A stretch of 64,000 bases of DNA from a virus. The stretch lies in IMG/VR virus record IMGVR_UViG_3300049259_000177, positions 50,595-114,594 of that record. One strand, given 5' to 3'. Under the pieces are notes generated by a model. The model searched no databases, was not told the origin of the DNA, and saw only the letters and a program-made list of their open reading frames with translations. Each line of letters opens with the position of its first letter. Position 1 is the first letter of the stretch. Shown here in pieces: positions 34,201-41,128 of the stretch. A program made the translations under genes and the position numbers.

Positions 34201-36729
34201 CGACGGCCCGTCGAGCGACGGCAGGTGGCTGCCCTGGTAGTCGGCGGCGTCCTGCGGCGAACCGGGGGCGACGGGCACGGCGCGCGTCGCGTCGCGCGCG
34301 TTCGCAACGAGGCGCTGCGTCACAGCATCATCCGGGTTCTGCTCGTCGAGCGAGTCGAGTGAGCCGGTGAGAGCGCCCTCGGCCTGAGCCTTGTCGTCCT
34401 CGTTGCCGTATGTCTGCGCGTCGGCGAAATCGCGCAGTGCGTCGGCAACCGCGACCCGGTAGGAGTCGTTCCCGTCACCCTCGAACTGCGCAGCAAGATC
34501 GTAGAGTCCGGCGGCGTCTTGCTCGGTCTGCGGCGGGGCGCCGCCGGGCGTTCCGCTATCGGTCGCCGGGACGACGCGAGTGTGGCGGGAGATAGCGCCC
34601 TGGTCGGTATTGACCGTGCCACCGCCGCCAGAGCCGCCGGTCGCACCGGTCGCACCGGTGATAGTGACGGTCTGGCCGTCTCGCGGGTGTCCGTCGTGCT
34701 GGATGGTGACACGCGCACCGACCGGATGGATACCCGCAATGGTCGGCGTGACCGCCTGGGGACCTCGTGCCACGTGCTCGGCCGCGAGCATGCGGGTGCG
34801 CTCATCCGGGGTCTTGTCGGGCTTGCGGGCGAGTCGCTGCGCCTCCGCCGTAGCCTCCCCGGGCGTCATGTCCGTGACGGCCTTGGGCTCGTGGCTATCC
34901 GTGACCCGTGGCCGGTCCTTCGCGGCCTTGAGAACGTCGATTGCCTGGCCGACTGTCGCGTCGTTCCACGCGCCCCGGTGGGCGTGCAGTTCGGCGGCGA
35001 GGTCCGGGTGGTTCGGCTTGACGACGTCGTCGACGAGGCCGGACAGATGGCCGGTCTGCTTCGACGTCGCCTGGCGGGTGCCAGCATGACGTGGGCCGTT
35101 GCGGATCGAGCGGTTGGCGTTGACGACGCGATGCGTCGCGTACTCGTGCGGATCATGGGTGATGCGTTGGTGCATGAGTGCGGCGCGCAGGTTCGCCTCG
35201 TTCGTGCCGATGAGGTCACGGCCCGCCTTGAGGACGGCGGCGCGGTTCGGGTGGTCGGCGGGTAACTGTCGATCGGTCATGGCGTGCGCGTCGTGCGCGG
35301 CGGCGAGCCGTCGCTCACGGACACCGACGTCGCTCGCAGCCCGGGCGATGTCGGCAGCGTGTTGGGCGTCGAGGGGCTGTGGAGCCTGTCCCACCGTCTG
35401 CCGCAGGTGCGCAATGTGGTCGGCGTGCGCCGCGCTCTCGGGCGGTGCGCCGACCGCGTGCGGGTGATGGCTGTCCGGCGCGGCTGGGTCGGTGTGTGAC
35501 GGCATCAGTGGGTGGTCGGGACGGCTTGCGACCCGCTTGCCAACCTTGCTGACGTCACCGTGCGGGGCGCCGCCGCCGCCTGCCTTCGTGACCGTGACGT
35601 CAGTGCGGCTGACCGTCTCGGTCTTGCCGTTGGCGTGCTCGATCTGCACGTGGTTGCGGTCGACGACGTTGAGGACCTTCGCGACGTCACCGGCCAGGGT
35701 GCGAACCTCGCCCCCTTTGGAGATGAACTTGCCGTGCCGGTCGCGGGGATGCTCGTCAGGCTTCCACTCGTACGACGCGGTGCCTACGCGCACCGTCGTG
35801 TAGCCGGTGTGCGTCAACTTCATCTCGATCGTCTTGCCTTCCCGCGACTGAGGCAGGAACTGGCCGGTGCGCTTCGAGCGCCAGTCCACTCGACAGCGGC
35901 AGTTGGCAGTTTCCCGGTACGGCGCACGCGGGTCTCCGGGGAAGCGCAGCAGGGCGCCGCCAACAGTGAACGGGGTACCGAGCGGCTGCTCCTGGCCGTC
36001 GGCTTTTGCGTGCGACGGCCGCACCTTCTCGTCGCGCCGCGAGCGCCAGCGGCGCAACACGTCGACCGACTGGTCGGCTTCCGCGATGTGGTCGGCGGCG
36101 GCCTGCCGGGCGCCTTCGACGGTCGCGGTAGCCGCCTGCACCGCGAGCCCCTTCGCCCACTCCTGCATCGCCGGATAGTGCGCGAGAACCGCCTCGCGGA
36201 TGGCGGGCATGTCGGCGCCGGACTGATCGAGAGAGTTGATGAGGTCGCCGAGCAACTGGATCTGCCGGGCGGCCGACTCGGCGATCAGCGCGAGAACCGT
36301 CTCGACGATCCCGGCGGTGATGAGCGCGAGCATCGAGGAGTCCGGCTCCTGGTCCTCGCCGGACAGCGCAACGTAGAGTGCGGCGGCGGCGGCGATCGCA
36401 GCCGGGGAGATCACCGGCTCGCTCGCCGACTGGGCGTCGTCAGGCGCGGCTTCCTCGTCGGTCGCCTTCGCGGCGTCCAGCGCCTTGGTGCCAACACGGG
36501 TGTCGTGCTCGTACTCGGGCACCCAGTGGCGGGTGCCCTTACGTTGCTGCGGGCTCTCGACGCGGGTTATGGTCCGGTCCACCCAGCGCGAGGCGAGATG
36601 GCTCAGCGCAGCAGCCAGTGCGGCTTCGAGGCGGTCGCGGTCCTTGTCGTCGGGAGTGTAGGTCTGCCAGGACTCGACGGCTTTGGTGCGGATGGGAACG
36701 ACGCGTAGTCCGATCGGTTGTGCGGTCAC
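28222..36729 (-). CDS. Giant MuF (minor head) polyvalent protein with zincin peptidase and ADP-ribosyltransferase-like domains
   Basis: Directly after portal. MuF: RWRSRRDEKVRPSH..ADGQ...PGDP...ETANCRC. Also HPRDRHGKF; VTIYRA...GDWVT...NEFG; AVHELGHHME...HEVFTTG; C-terminal TLYRG...PLSSFS...SEFVVL. Confidence 0.85.
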   Translation of the reverse strand: MTAQPIGLRVVPIRTKAVESWQTYTPDDKDRDRLEAALAAALSHLASRWVDRTITRVESPQQRKGTRHWVPEYEHDTRVGTKALDAAKATDEEAAPDDAQSASEPVISPAAIAAAAALYVALSGEDQEPDSSMLALITAGIVETVLALIAESAARQIQLLGDLINSLDQSGADMPAIREAVLAHYPAMQEWAKGLAVQAATATVEGARQAAADHIAEADQSVDVLRRWRSRRDEKVRPSHAKADGQEQPLGTPFTVGGALLRFPGDPRAPYRETANCRCRVDWRSKRTGQFLPQSREGKTIEMKLTHTGYTTVRVGTASYEWKPDEHPRDRHGKFISKGGEVRTLAGDVAKVLNVVDRNHVQIEHANGKTETVSRTDVTVTKAGGGGAPHGDVSKVGKRVASRPDHPLMPSHTDPAAPDSHHPHAVGAPPESAAHADHIAHLRQTVGQAPQPLDAQHAADIARAASDVGVRERRLAAAHDAHAMTDRQLPADHPNRAAVLKAGRDLIGTNEANLRAALMHQRITHDPHEYATHRVVNANRSIRNGPRHAGTRQATSKQTGHLSGLVDDVVKPNHPDLAAELHAHRGAWNDATVGQAIDVLKAAKDRPRVTDSHEPKAVTDMTPGEATAEAQRLARKPDKTPDERTRMLAAEHVARGPQAVTPTIAGIHPVGARVTIQHDGHPRDGQTVTITGATGATGGSGGGGTVNTDQGAISRHTRVVPATDSGTPGGAPPQTEQDAAGLYDLAAQFEGDGNDSYRVAVADALRDFADAQTYGNEDDKAQAEGALTGSLDSLDEQNPDDAVTQRLVANARDATRAVPVAPGSPQDAADYQGSHLPSLDGPSLDNLLATDSGGGMVTSADFYDNMHFHKYGDPEMGYDDESEAAIRAARGNPEALVTIYRAAPPGVTHINPGDWVTLSQTYAQQHAINDDNPANDWPVYSTRVRAGDIRWDGNDINEFGFGGPQSVPASTPAPQTDVPGTPTNVLPDRYPPGTLNRGMVINVPPEYARRMLNGDITADEIVHGILGGQAGRYWADADTHNPEDSADSFAYTDENLAHEDSLGEDSRLDELGSQAGLILVADEVAPDNHVEPQHIFDDYGVLQDGTTLSLQTLYYSPDGGDNWHTLDASGLSVVSEPGDDAPVMSAPPADVAIRDLKAGDHVMLPGPQGDVAAHVDAVGRDDDEPDMIRVDYTHPDGTKDSLYADPTMLVTPAEIDRRPNPQPSPGPRQPGTVGELQAGDTVMLPLGQPTPVTIANAEPYGENGDIVNLTYRRQGAAEEETMPFGTAIEVQPFTPAPPGPQPTGRVALRTYQRRMIHGYELHKTHADPQVRNAAHKLLNYQSLNRNEAQAMAAALRDEAQRSGTRRAGALNRAALSFDALDNHLLHGGGQGTRAHDVQAGQWARFGDVYGKVTETTRSQGGRIVNFAVTDAAGRAHNVSVMRGTNLAVDAGPAEDPTVQPDPVEGDPTADDSKSQLGTISQISAGMYVTIPGSEATAKALGVDPSSLDVTGKVVRVRRSRNVGAIRGAIEVHVETADGIRADNYVGGRSVWIHPQPPDPKPIVDEKPDKSQGEKAINHNEIQVGDRIRITNSTTGQEFVGTVHNVSPTEGFDEGTGKSIAGTEIGLQEDGQRAWYTHTVYDGDVKPVLLSREPGAAEALEQQRQDGETHRSANIMAMAIARALNDQRAAMLTDISLAQGNGRGWILDAVFDAQHRDRRTAVNGYGYAVNDLNSELTPRSINLDSATRRAIANSLGDRSKSIVSEALTRQYDVIRNALADAKPLDGEADHQMVGRVMEQIRSNPPTVDYTEAMLPLARAKTALKSANVGTFTYVPTDEERAAAEQRVRNALLSARREALEKFKTHLDSDLGKSGGALPTLANKWDGVPLARLVQQGDFQPSPRWAAAVIAGQSFGQDAGRTASLRKNADTMVREAYRNALTDSLAEMRSKTTVAGTNSPLYSESLGALFDRMATGPDSRAQDIIDGRAQQLTNEAADHLAGGGDRIDANKPDEALPEPGGDWKDRVAAWQAMLPSDPDKFGQREMQVSTLGDFTLADLEAGKTPEIITENQHVADRAADDGPGETAMRHLHALRQVGAAMQEEYGRRLAEALPDMGGNPERYIEGLDQQSDAAYKSMTQLDRDARDVRKQVAQPFLDRAWDEGRGSEISGAPDERNLRNRVSLLRHFIDQSSRTGADSRDDVAEYQRLTAISNEMRDALVAAEEPGGALEGLNRRREAQREMWMTTRGQREEAKVRIREARANAARDVLREIRPVGTPPGGGMAYSTGERAQSVKALRWAEQWYPSDWLTAERARSLGAFKVRGTARGHYAVATREIAISGGSPDEKNKVAVHELGHHMERVVPGLVAAEDAFLWSRTSTGAVGARSRETVSRIYSGPKEVGRKDKFKSHYTGKDYGRGDAHEVFTTGIESLFGGSDYLDEDMRNFMFGTLASLGRDSNPPSKSRGVAGARTVTGQYGEVRITSDLGGSFAVTGGGAATPLAAAPGPNRPGATPGSVEPAVAVPVDYIGMGAPLDPSVQALLSSGLGTAAHPADLNLSPDGEQARTQAKTEVYAAIAARMVTVPDASLLGQDTVASLSGSRWSSETADDGTVEFFSDAAGEFEPGDETVRTALRRDAVSRLVQRWSMTSNDSDADALALQEIAVDEFGLPGAAPWTLGADVRTRVDAIKAEREAVLRTFLRAQYEETQARLAAAGITQVTLYRGMHFSDPADVPEEDFPPAPVWATHGTTTSIDMRPLSSFSADRGAAQQFADTSEGVGVVLAGTVPATRILSMPRSGMGDLTASEFVVLAGPGEWRVSAWNQSGDERTPRLRVAA

Positions 36730-38246
36730 GCGCCGCCTCCGCGCAGGATCTTGAATCGGAAGCCGCCGACACGCGGCGGCGGGGTCGTGTCGCCGCCGCC
36801 GTCGGTGCCGGTCGCGGCCAAGGCGCCGCTTTCGTGCGCGGCTCGTACGACATCAACCGCTCCGCGACGGCCAGCCGGAGCGCCGGGACGCGGCGCCGGG
36901 GAAGGTGCGTCGCCTCCCGGCGCTGCGGCCGGGTCTTGGTGACCGGCGGGAACGGCGCCAGCCGGTTGTGTCGGTAGGTCTTTCTTGAGCGCCTCGACAT
37001 CTTCCTGCTTCGCGGCGATCGGTGTCGACCCGGCCGGGCGCCACAACGCCCGGGTCTCGGCGGTCTCCTCCATCTCGTCGGCGTGACCCGCTATCTTCGC
37101 GTAGGAGTAGATGGAGCGCAGTCCGGCCGCGACTTCGCCGCGAGCCTCTTCGCGACGTGACCGTTCGGGGATCTGCAACGCCTGGACTTCGCTCGTGTCC
37201 AGGAAGCCGACGAGGTCGTCGTCGCTGTCTTCGTCCCAGCCAGATACGACGATGCGGTTGTGTCGCGACACCGGACCGGTCCAGGCGTTGTACTCCTCCT
37301 GTTCTGCGTTGGCGAAGGTGCGCTCGCTGGCGTTGAACAGTGACTCGCCGAGCATGAAGCCCGCGAGGATCTCCAACTTCGCATTCTTCGATGTCGCGCC
37401 GTACTGCATGTCGCGCGGAGTTGCCGCCAAGTCGATGTACTTCAACTCACCCTGGATGACCGACAACTTCCCCGCTTCGACCGGGCCCCGACCGAACCGG
37501 GCCTCGATCCGGTCCATCTCCTCGTCTTCGATGTCACCGTTGACACCGAGGACGCCGCCGGGGCGTCCGTCGTTGCGCATGAACGACACGTTGTAGAGGC
37601 GGGAGAAGTAGTCGAGTTCGATCGACATGCCGATCGACTCAAGCGGGGTGACACCCGCGTACGGGTCGATCGGGTGTGGCTCACGGAACCACCGGACGTT
37701 CTCCGGCGGGATCTCGCGCGGCTTGCCGCCCGAGCGCGGCCACACAGCGAAGCACTTGACGAGGTCCTTGCCGCTGCCGGGGATCGGGCGGGTGCGTCCG
37801 GGTGGCAGCAGGTCGGCGCGGATGACGGCGCCGCTGCGCGCCTTGGTCACCTCGACGAACGCGCCGCGCTTGGACAGGAGGATCTGCGCGGACAGCCGCT
37901 TGCGGAACTGGTAGCCCGTCTCCAACGGATTCGCCCGCTTGTTGAGCACGTGGTAGAGCGGATGGTCCTCGACGACACCGGTCTTGTTGCGTAGCCTGAA
38001 GTCCAGCCGCGCCGAGTTGCCTGCGATCCACTCGACGGAGTTGAAGACCCACACGACGCGCTCGTAGCCTTCGGCCATCGCGCGCTCGATCGGCCACGGC
38101 CGCGACCGGCCCTGGTAGTCAATACCCGCAGCGGCCAGGGTGGCGTAATAGTCGCCGAGCACCACTTTGCGCTCACTGCGCGAGTCGACGAGCGCCGGGT
38201 GCGGCTTGGTCTCTCCGCTGCGGAGGCTGGGCAGGAACCGGGCCAC
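36726..38246 (-). CDS. Portal protein (HK97 family)
   Basis: HPLYHVLNKRANP, REPHPIDPY.GVTPLES, FMRNDGRPGGVL, TFANAEQE; located between terminase and MuF. Confidence 0.93.
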   Translation of the reverse strand: MARFLPSLRSGETKPHPALVDSRSERKVVLGDYYATLAAAGIDYQGRSRPWPIERAMAEGYERVVWVFNSVEWIAGNSARLDFRLRNKTGVVEDHPLYHVLNKRANPLETGYQFRKRLSAQILLSKRGAFVEVTKARSGAVIRADLLPPGRTRPIPGSGKDLVKCFAVWPRSGGKPREIPPENVRWFREPHPIDPYAGVTPLESIGMSIELDYFSRLYNVSFMRNDGRPGGVLGVNGDIEDEEMDRIEARFGRGPVEAGKLSVIQGELKYIDLAATPRDMQYGATSKNAKLEILAGFMLGESLFNASERTFANAEQEEYNAWTGPVSRHNRIVVSGWDEDSDDDLVGFLDTSEVQALQIPERSRREEARGEVAAGLRSIYSYAKIAGHADEMEETAETRALWRPAGSTPIAAKQEDVEALKKDLPTQPAGAVPAGHQDPAAAPGGDAPSPAPRPGAPAGRRGAVDVVRAAHESGALAATGTDGGGDTTPPPRVGGFRFKILRGGGA

Positions 38247-38259
38247 TAGGCGGCGCTCC

Positions 38260-38463
38260 TCAGCGGTCGGTGCCGAGGTAGACGCCGAGCGCGGCGCCGA
38301 GCGCTGCGATCGCGCCGTACCCGGCGAGCGGCGCTGCGATGAACAGCACCGTCAGGACACCGCCGACACCTGCGACGATCAGCACGCTCGCGAGCAGGTC
38401 GCGGACCTGGCGCGCAGTCAGCAAGGGTGCGCGCGTCTCGCGCCGATCCGCAGAGGGGGCCAC
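38260..38463 (-). CDS. Small two-TM membrane protein
   Basis: Two hydrophobic helices; lies between terminase and portal. Confidence 0.6.
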   Translation of the reverse strand: MAPSADRRETRAPLLTARQVRDLLASVLIVAGVGGVLTVLFIAAPLAGYGAIAALGAALGVYLGTDR

Positions 38464-38502
38464 GCAGGCAGGCTAGGTGCTCGAAGGGGTTTGCGTCGCG
38501 TG

Positions 38503-38796
38503 CTAGCCGGACGCCGCCCCGACGAGGGTCTCTTCCTCCTCCGCCTCGCCTCGTTTCTTGCGTTCCCCGACGGGCCCACCGTGGAGGCATTGAGTCTGGA
38601 CACACGGCTCGTCCACCACCTCCGGGTACGGGCGCCGACAGCGTTGACACATGACTTCGAGCACCTCCACCTTGGCGGTCTCGACCATGCGCACAGAGCC
38701 GCGCCGTTCAGCGTGTTTGGCTTGCCGGGCATCGAGAGGAAGATAGGCCGCGCCGACCCACAAGTGCGTCTCGTGGACGATCGGAGCCTCGGGCAC
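38503..38796 (-). CDS. Small Zn-binding protein
   Basis: HLW...CQRCRRPY....PC; GAGAGGA upstream of GTG 38796. Confidence 0.55.
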   Translation of the reverse strand: MPEAPIVHETHLWVGAAYLPLDARQAKHAERRGSVRMVETAKVEVLEVMCQRCRRPYPEVVDEPCVQTQCLHGGPVGERKKRGEAEEEETLVGAASG

Positions 38797-38952
38797 GCGG
38801 CGGGTCCTCTCTGGATGCTGCTCTGCACGACCCGAGGAAGGTGTGGCGCGCCCCGTGTCCCGTGTAGCGTTGCGCCGGGTTTGACCGGACACGTGTATCC
38901 GACAAACCGTGTCGTCCTCAAGTCCGGCATGTCGACCTGTGGTTCGACTGGC

Positions 38953-40713
38953 CTACACGATGAGCCGCGCTTTCTTCCGCTTCGGCTTGATGATCGGCTC
39001 GTACAGCGACAGCAGGAGAGCCTCTGCGCGGTCCGGCGAGGGCAATCCGCGCGTCCTCATCGACGACTTCGCCTCTATAACGGTCAGGCCACCGGAGTTG
39101 GTGCCCATCATGGGCGCCGACAACTGCGCCTGCGTGCGCCGGTCGATGCGCAGCCGCAGCATGCCGGGCTCACCTGGGCCGGTCGGCGTGAGCAGCGAAC
39201 GCCCAGCGAGCCACAGTTCGTCGCGCTTGCGAGCCGGGCGTAGTGTCTCGGCGTCTGGCTCGCGATGGGTGCTCTCACGGACGTCAACGCCGACGATCTT
39301 TGCCGTGTGCAGACCTTCGCTCCCCCACGCGGTGAGGGTGCCGACAACACCCCAGCCGAGGCCAATGACGTCGACCTTGACGTGGATGCGCGACGTCGTG
39401 CCGAGCGCTGCGGCGAGCGCCTCCGCTTCCTTGATCTCGCGCAGCACTTCTCCGGACACGTCGAGGTGGTTGGCATTTGCCGCGCCGGAGGCGATGTGCC
39501 GGATGGTGCACAGATTGCCGACGCTGCGCGACACGACGAACTCGTCGCCGCCGTCGGCAGCAACGTCGACACCGAGGCGTATCCATGCACCGCGCTTGAC
39601 GTGCCACTCCTCCTGTTCGGTGGACAGATCCAGGTCACACAGCCGCACATACTCGTCGAAGTCGTCGTCACCATCTTCAGGCTCCGGCGCTTCAATGCCG
39701 AGGTCGACCCACGTCGACGGGATCGCGCGACGCGGTCCGCCTTTCGGAAACTTTGCGTGCACCTTCGCTGTGACGTACGGCGCATCATCGCCGTGTTCGG
39801 CGATCGTCTCGTCCACCCACTCCTGATCGACAAGGTGTGCGGCGAGTGAGTGCTCTGGCACTTCCGGCGGGCACGAGCGGCAGCGCAGCACCGCTTCGCC
39901 GGACAACTGCGGACTGTCGTACGCGGAGATCGGAATGGTGCACACGTCGTCGGACAGGCACAGCCCCTCGAACCATGAGCCCTCGTCGTCGGTCGGCGGG
40001 TTACCGATCGCAAGCAGGCGTGTCTCCTCGCCGGTGAGTAGGCCGCGCATCGCGCCACCGATGACACGCCCGATACCACCGGCTTCGTCGATAACGATGA
40101 ACAACTTGGGTGCGTGGATACCTTGCACGGCGGACTCGTCGTGCGGCGGTGCGGAGAAACCGTAGGCGACGTCGACCATGACACCGTCGTTGTTGGGCGC
40201 CGCCCACTGCGTCTGATCGACCTGCCCGGGCAGCCCGGCGCGCTTGTGGATAGCGCGTATGTGCGGCCACAACTGGCGCCGTACCTGCCGGAACCGTGTC
40301 GCGGTCGTAACTGTCAACGATGTGCCGACGGGGAACACGGAGCCCCGCCACACAACCCCTCGTGCCGCGATATGGGTTTTCCCCGTACCGAAAGCAGAGG
40401 GTACGGCGACACGGCGGTTGTGTGGGATCGCGTTGAGCACGTCACGCTGCTTCGACCACGTCGTCTCTTGCAACACGTCTTCCACGAAGCCCGACGGGTC
40501 GTCTTGGTACAGGCAGTACGGCGTGCCGCCTTCCTTCGCGGCGACGGTGAGCACTTCAACGAGATCGCGCGGGGTTAGCCCGCGCAGGCCGCCGCGCCGA
40601 ATCTCCGGCGGTACTGCCATGAGATCGCTGAACAGTCGCTTCGCTTCGCGGCTACTGACCCGACTGGGTGTGCGCGCCGCCTCGGTGACAGCAGACGTCA
40701 CCGGGCACTGCAT
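38953..40713 (-). CDS. terL: Terminase large subunit (start uncertain: 40713 or 40701)
   Basis: Walker A SAFGTGKT, Walker B FIVIDEA, IGNP coupling motif, nuclease LGVDVAADGGD and SPDRAEA. Confidence 0.93.
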   Translation of the reverse strand: MQCPVTSAVTEAARTPSRVSSREAKRLFSDLMAVPPEIRRGGLRGLTPRDLVEVLTVAAKEGGTPYCLYQDDPSGFVEDVLQETTWSKQRDVLNAIPHNRRVAVPSAFGTGKTHIAARGVVWRGSVFPVGTSLTVTTATRFRQVRRQLWPHIRAIHKRAGLPGQVDQTQWAAPNNDGVMVDVAYGFSAPPHDESAVQGIHAPKLFIVIDEAGGIGRVIGGAMRGLLTGEETRLLAIGNPPTDDEGSWFEGLCLSDDVCTIPISAYDSPQLSGEAVLRCRSCPPEVPEHSLAAHLVDQEWVDETIAEHGDDAPYVTAKVHAKFPKGGPRRAIPSTWVDLGIEAPEPEDGDDDFDEYVRLCDLDLSTEQEEWHVKRGAWIRLGVDVAADGGDEFVVSRSVGNLCTIRHIASGAANANHLDVSGEVLREIKEAEALAAALGTTSRIHVKVDVIGLGWGVVGTLTAWGSEGLHTAKIVGVDVRESTHREPDAETLRPARKRDELWLAGRSLLTPTGPGEPGMLRLRIDRRTQAQLSAPMMGTNSGGLTVIEAKSSMRTRGLPSPDRAEALLLSLYEPIIKPKRKKARLIV

Positions 40714-40855
40714 CCTTTCGTCACGTGAATGACCATGCCCGCCTTCGCATCGGTTCGATCGCAGACCTCTTCGCCGCTCGCCAGCACTGCGATCCGTACC
40801 CGCAGTCGCACCGGCTTGCCACATCCGGGGCATACGACACTAACGGCCGTCAGCC

Positions 40856-41083
40856 TCACGGGAAGCACACCGAGCAGCCGGGGACCGCGTCGTCGGCTGC
40901 AACGAGCGCGCCCGCTGGGGCTCCGCAGGCAAGGCTGCCGTCGTCGAGGCGCCGGTGCGCCTGATCGTCGAGCAGGTGGGCGAGCCAGCGGGTGCGGGGA
41001 TGGATGAGGCGCAGATCCTCCCGGCGCGCGAGGCGGTCCGCCCGGCGCTGGCGGGCGATGTCGAGCGGGGCGACGGCCTCCAC
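40856..41083 (-). CDS. Hypothetical protein with Cys/His cluster
   Basis: 75 aa, H...ACG...CSVC; sits downstream of a late-motif copy. Confidence 0.45.
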   Translation of the reverse strand: MEAVAPLDIARQRRADRLARREDLRLIHPRTRWLAHLLDDQAHRRLDDGSLACGAPAGALVAADDAVPGCSVCFP

Positions 41084-41128
41084 GCGGCTAGGTTCGCCTC
41101 CGGCAGCCCTTAGTGTCGCGTCGAGCCC

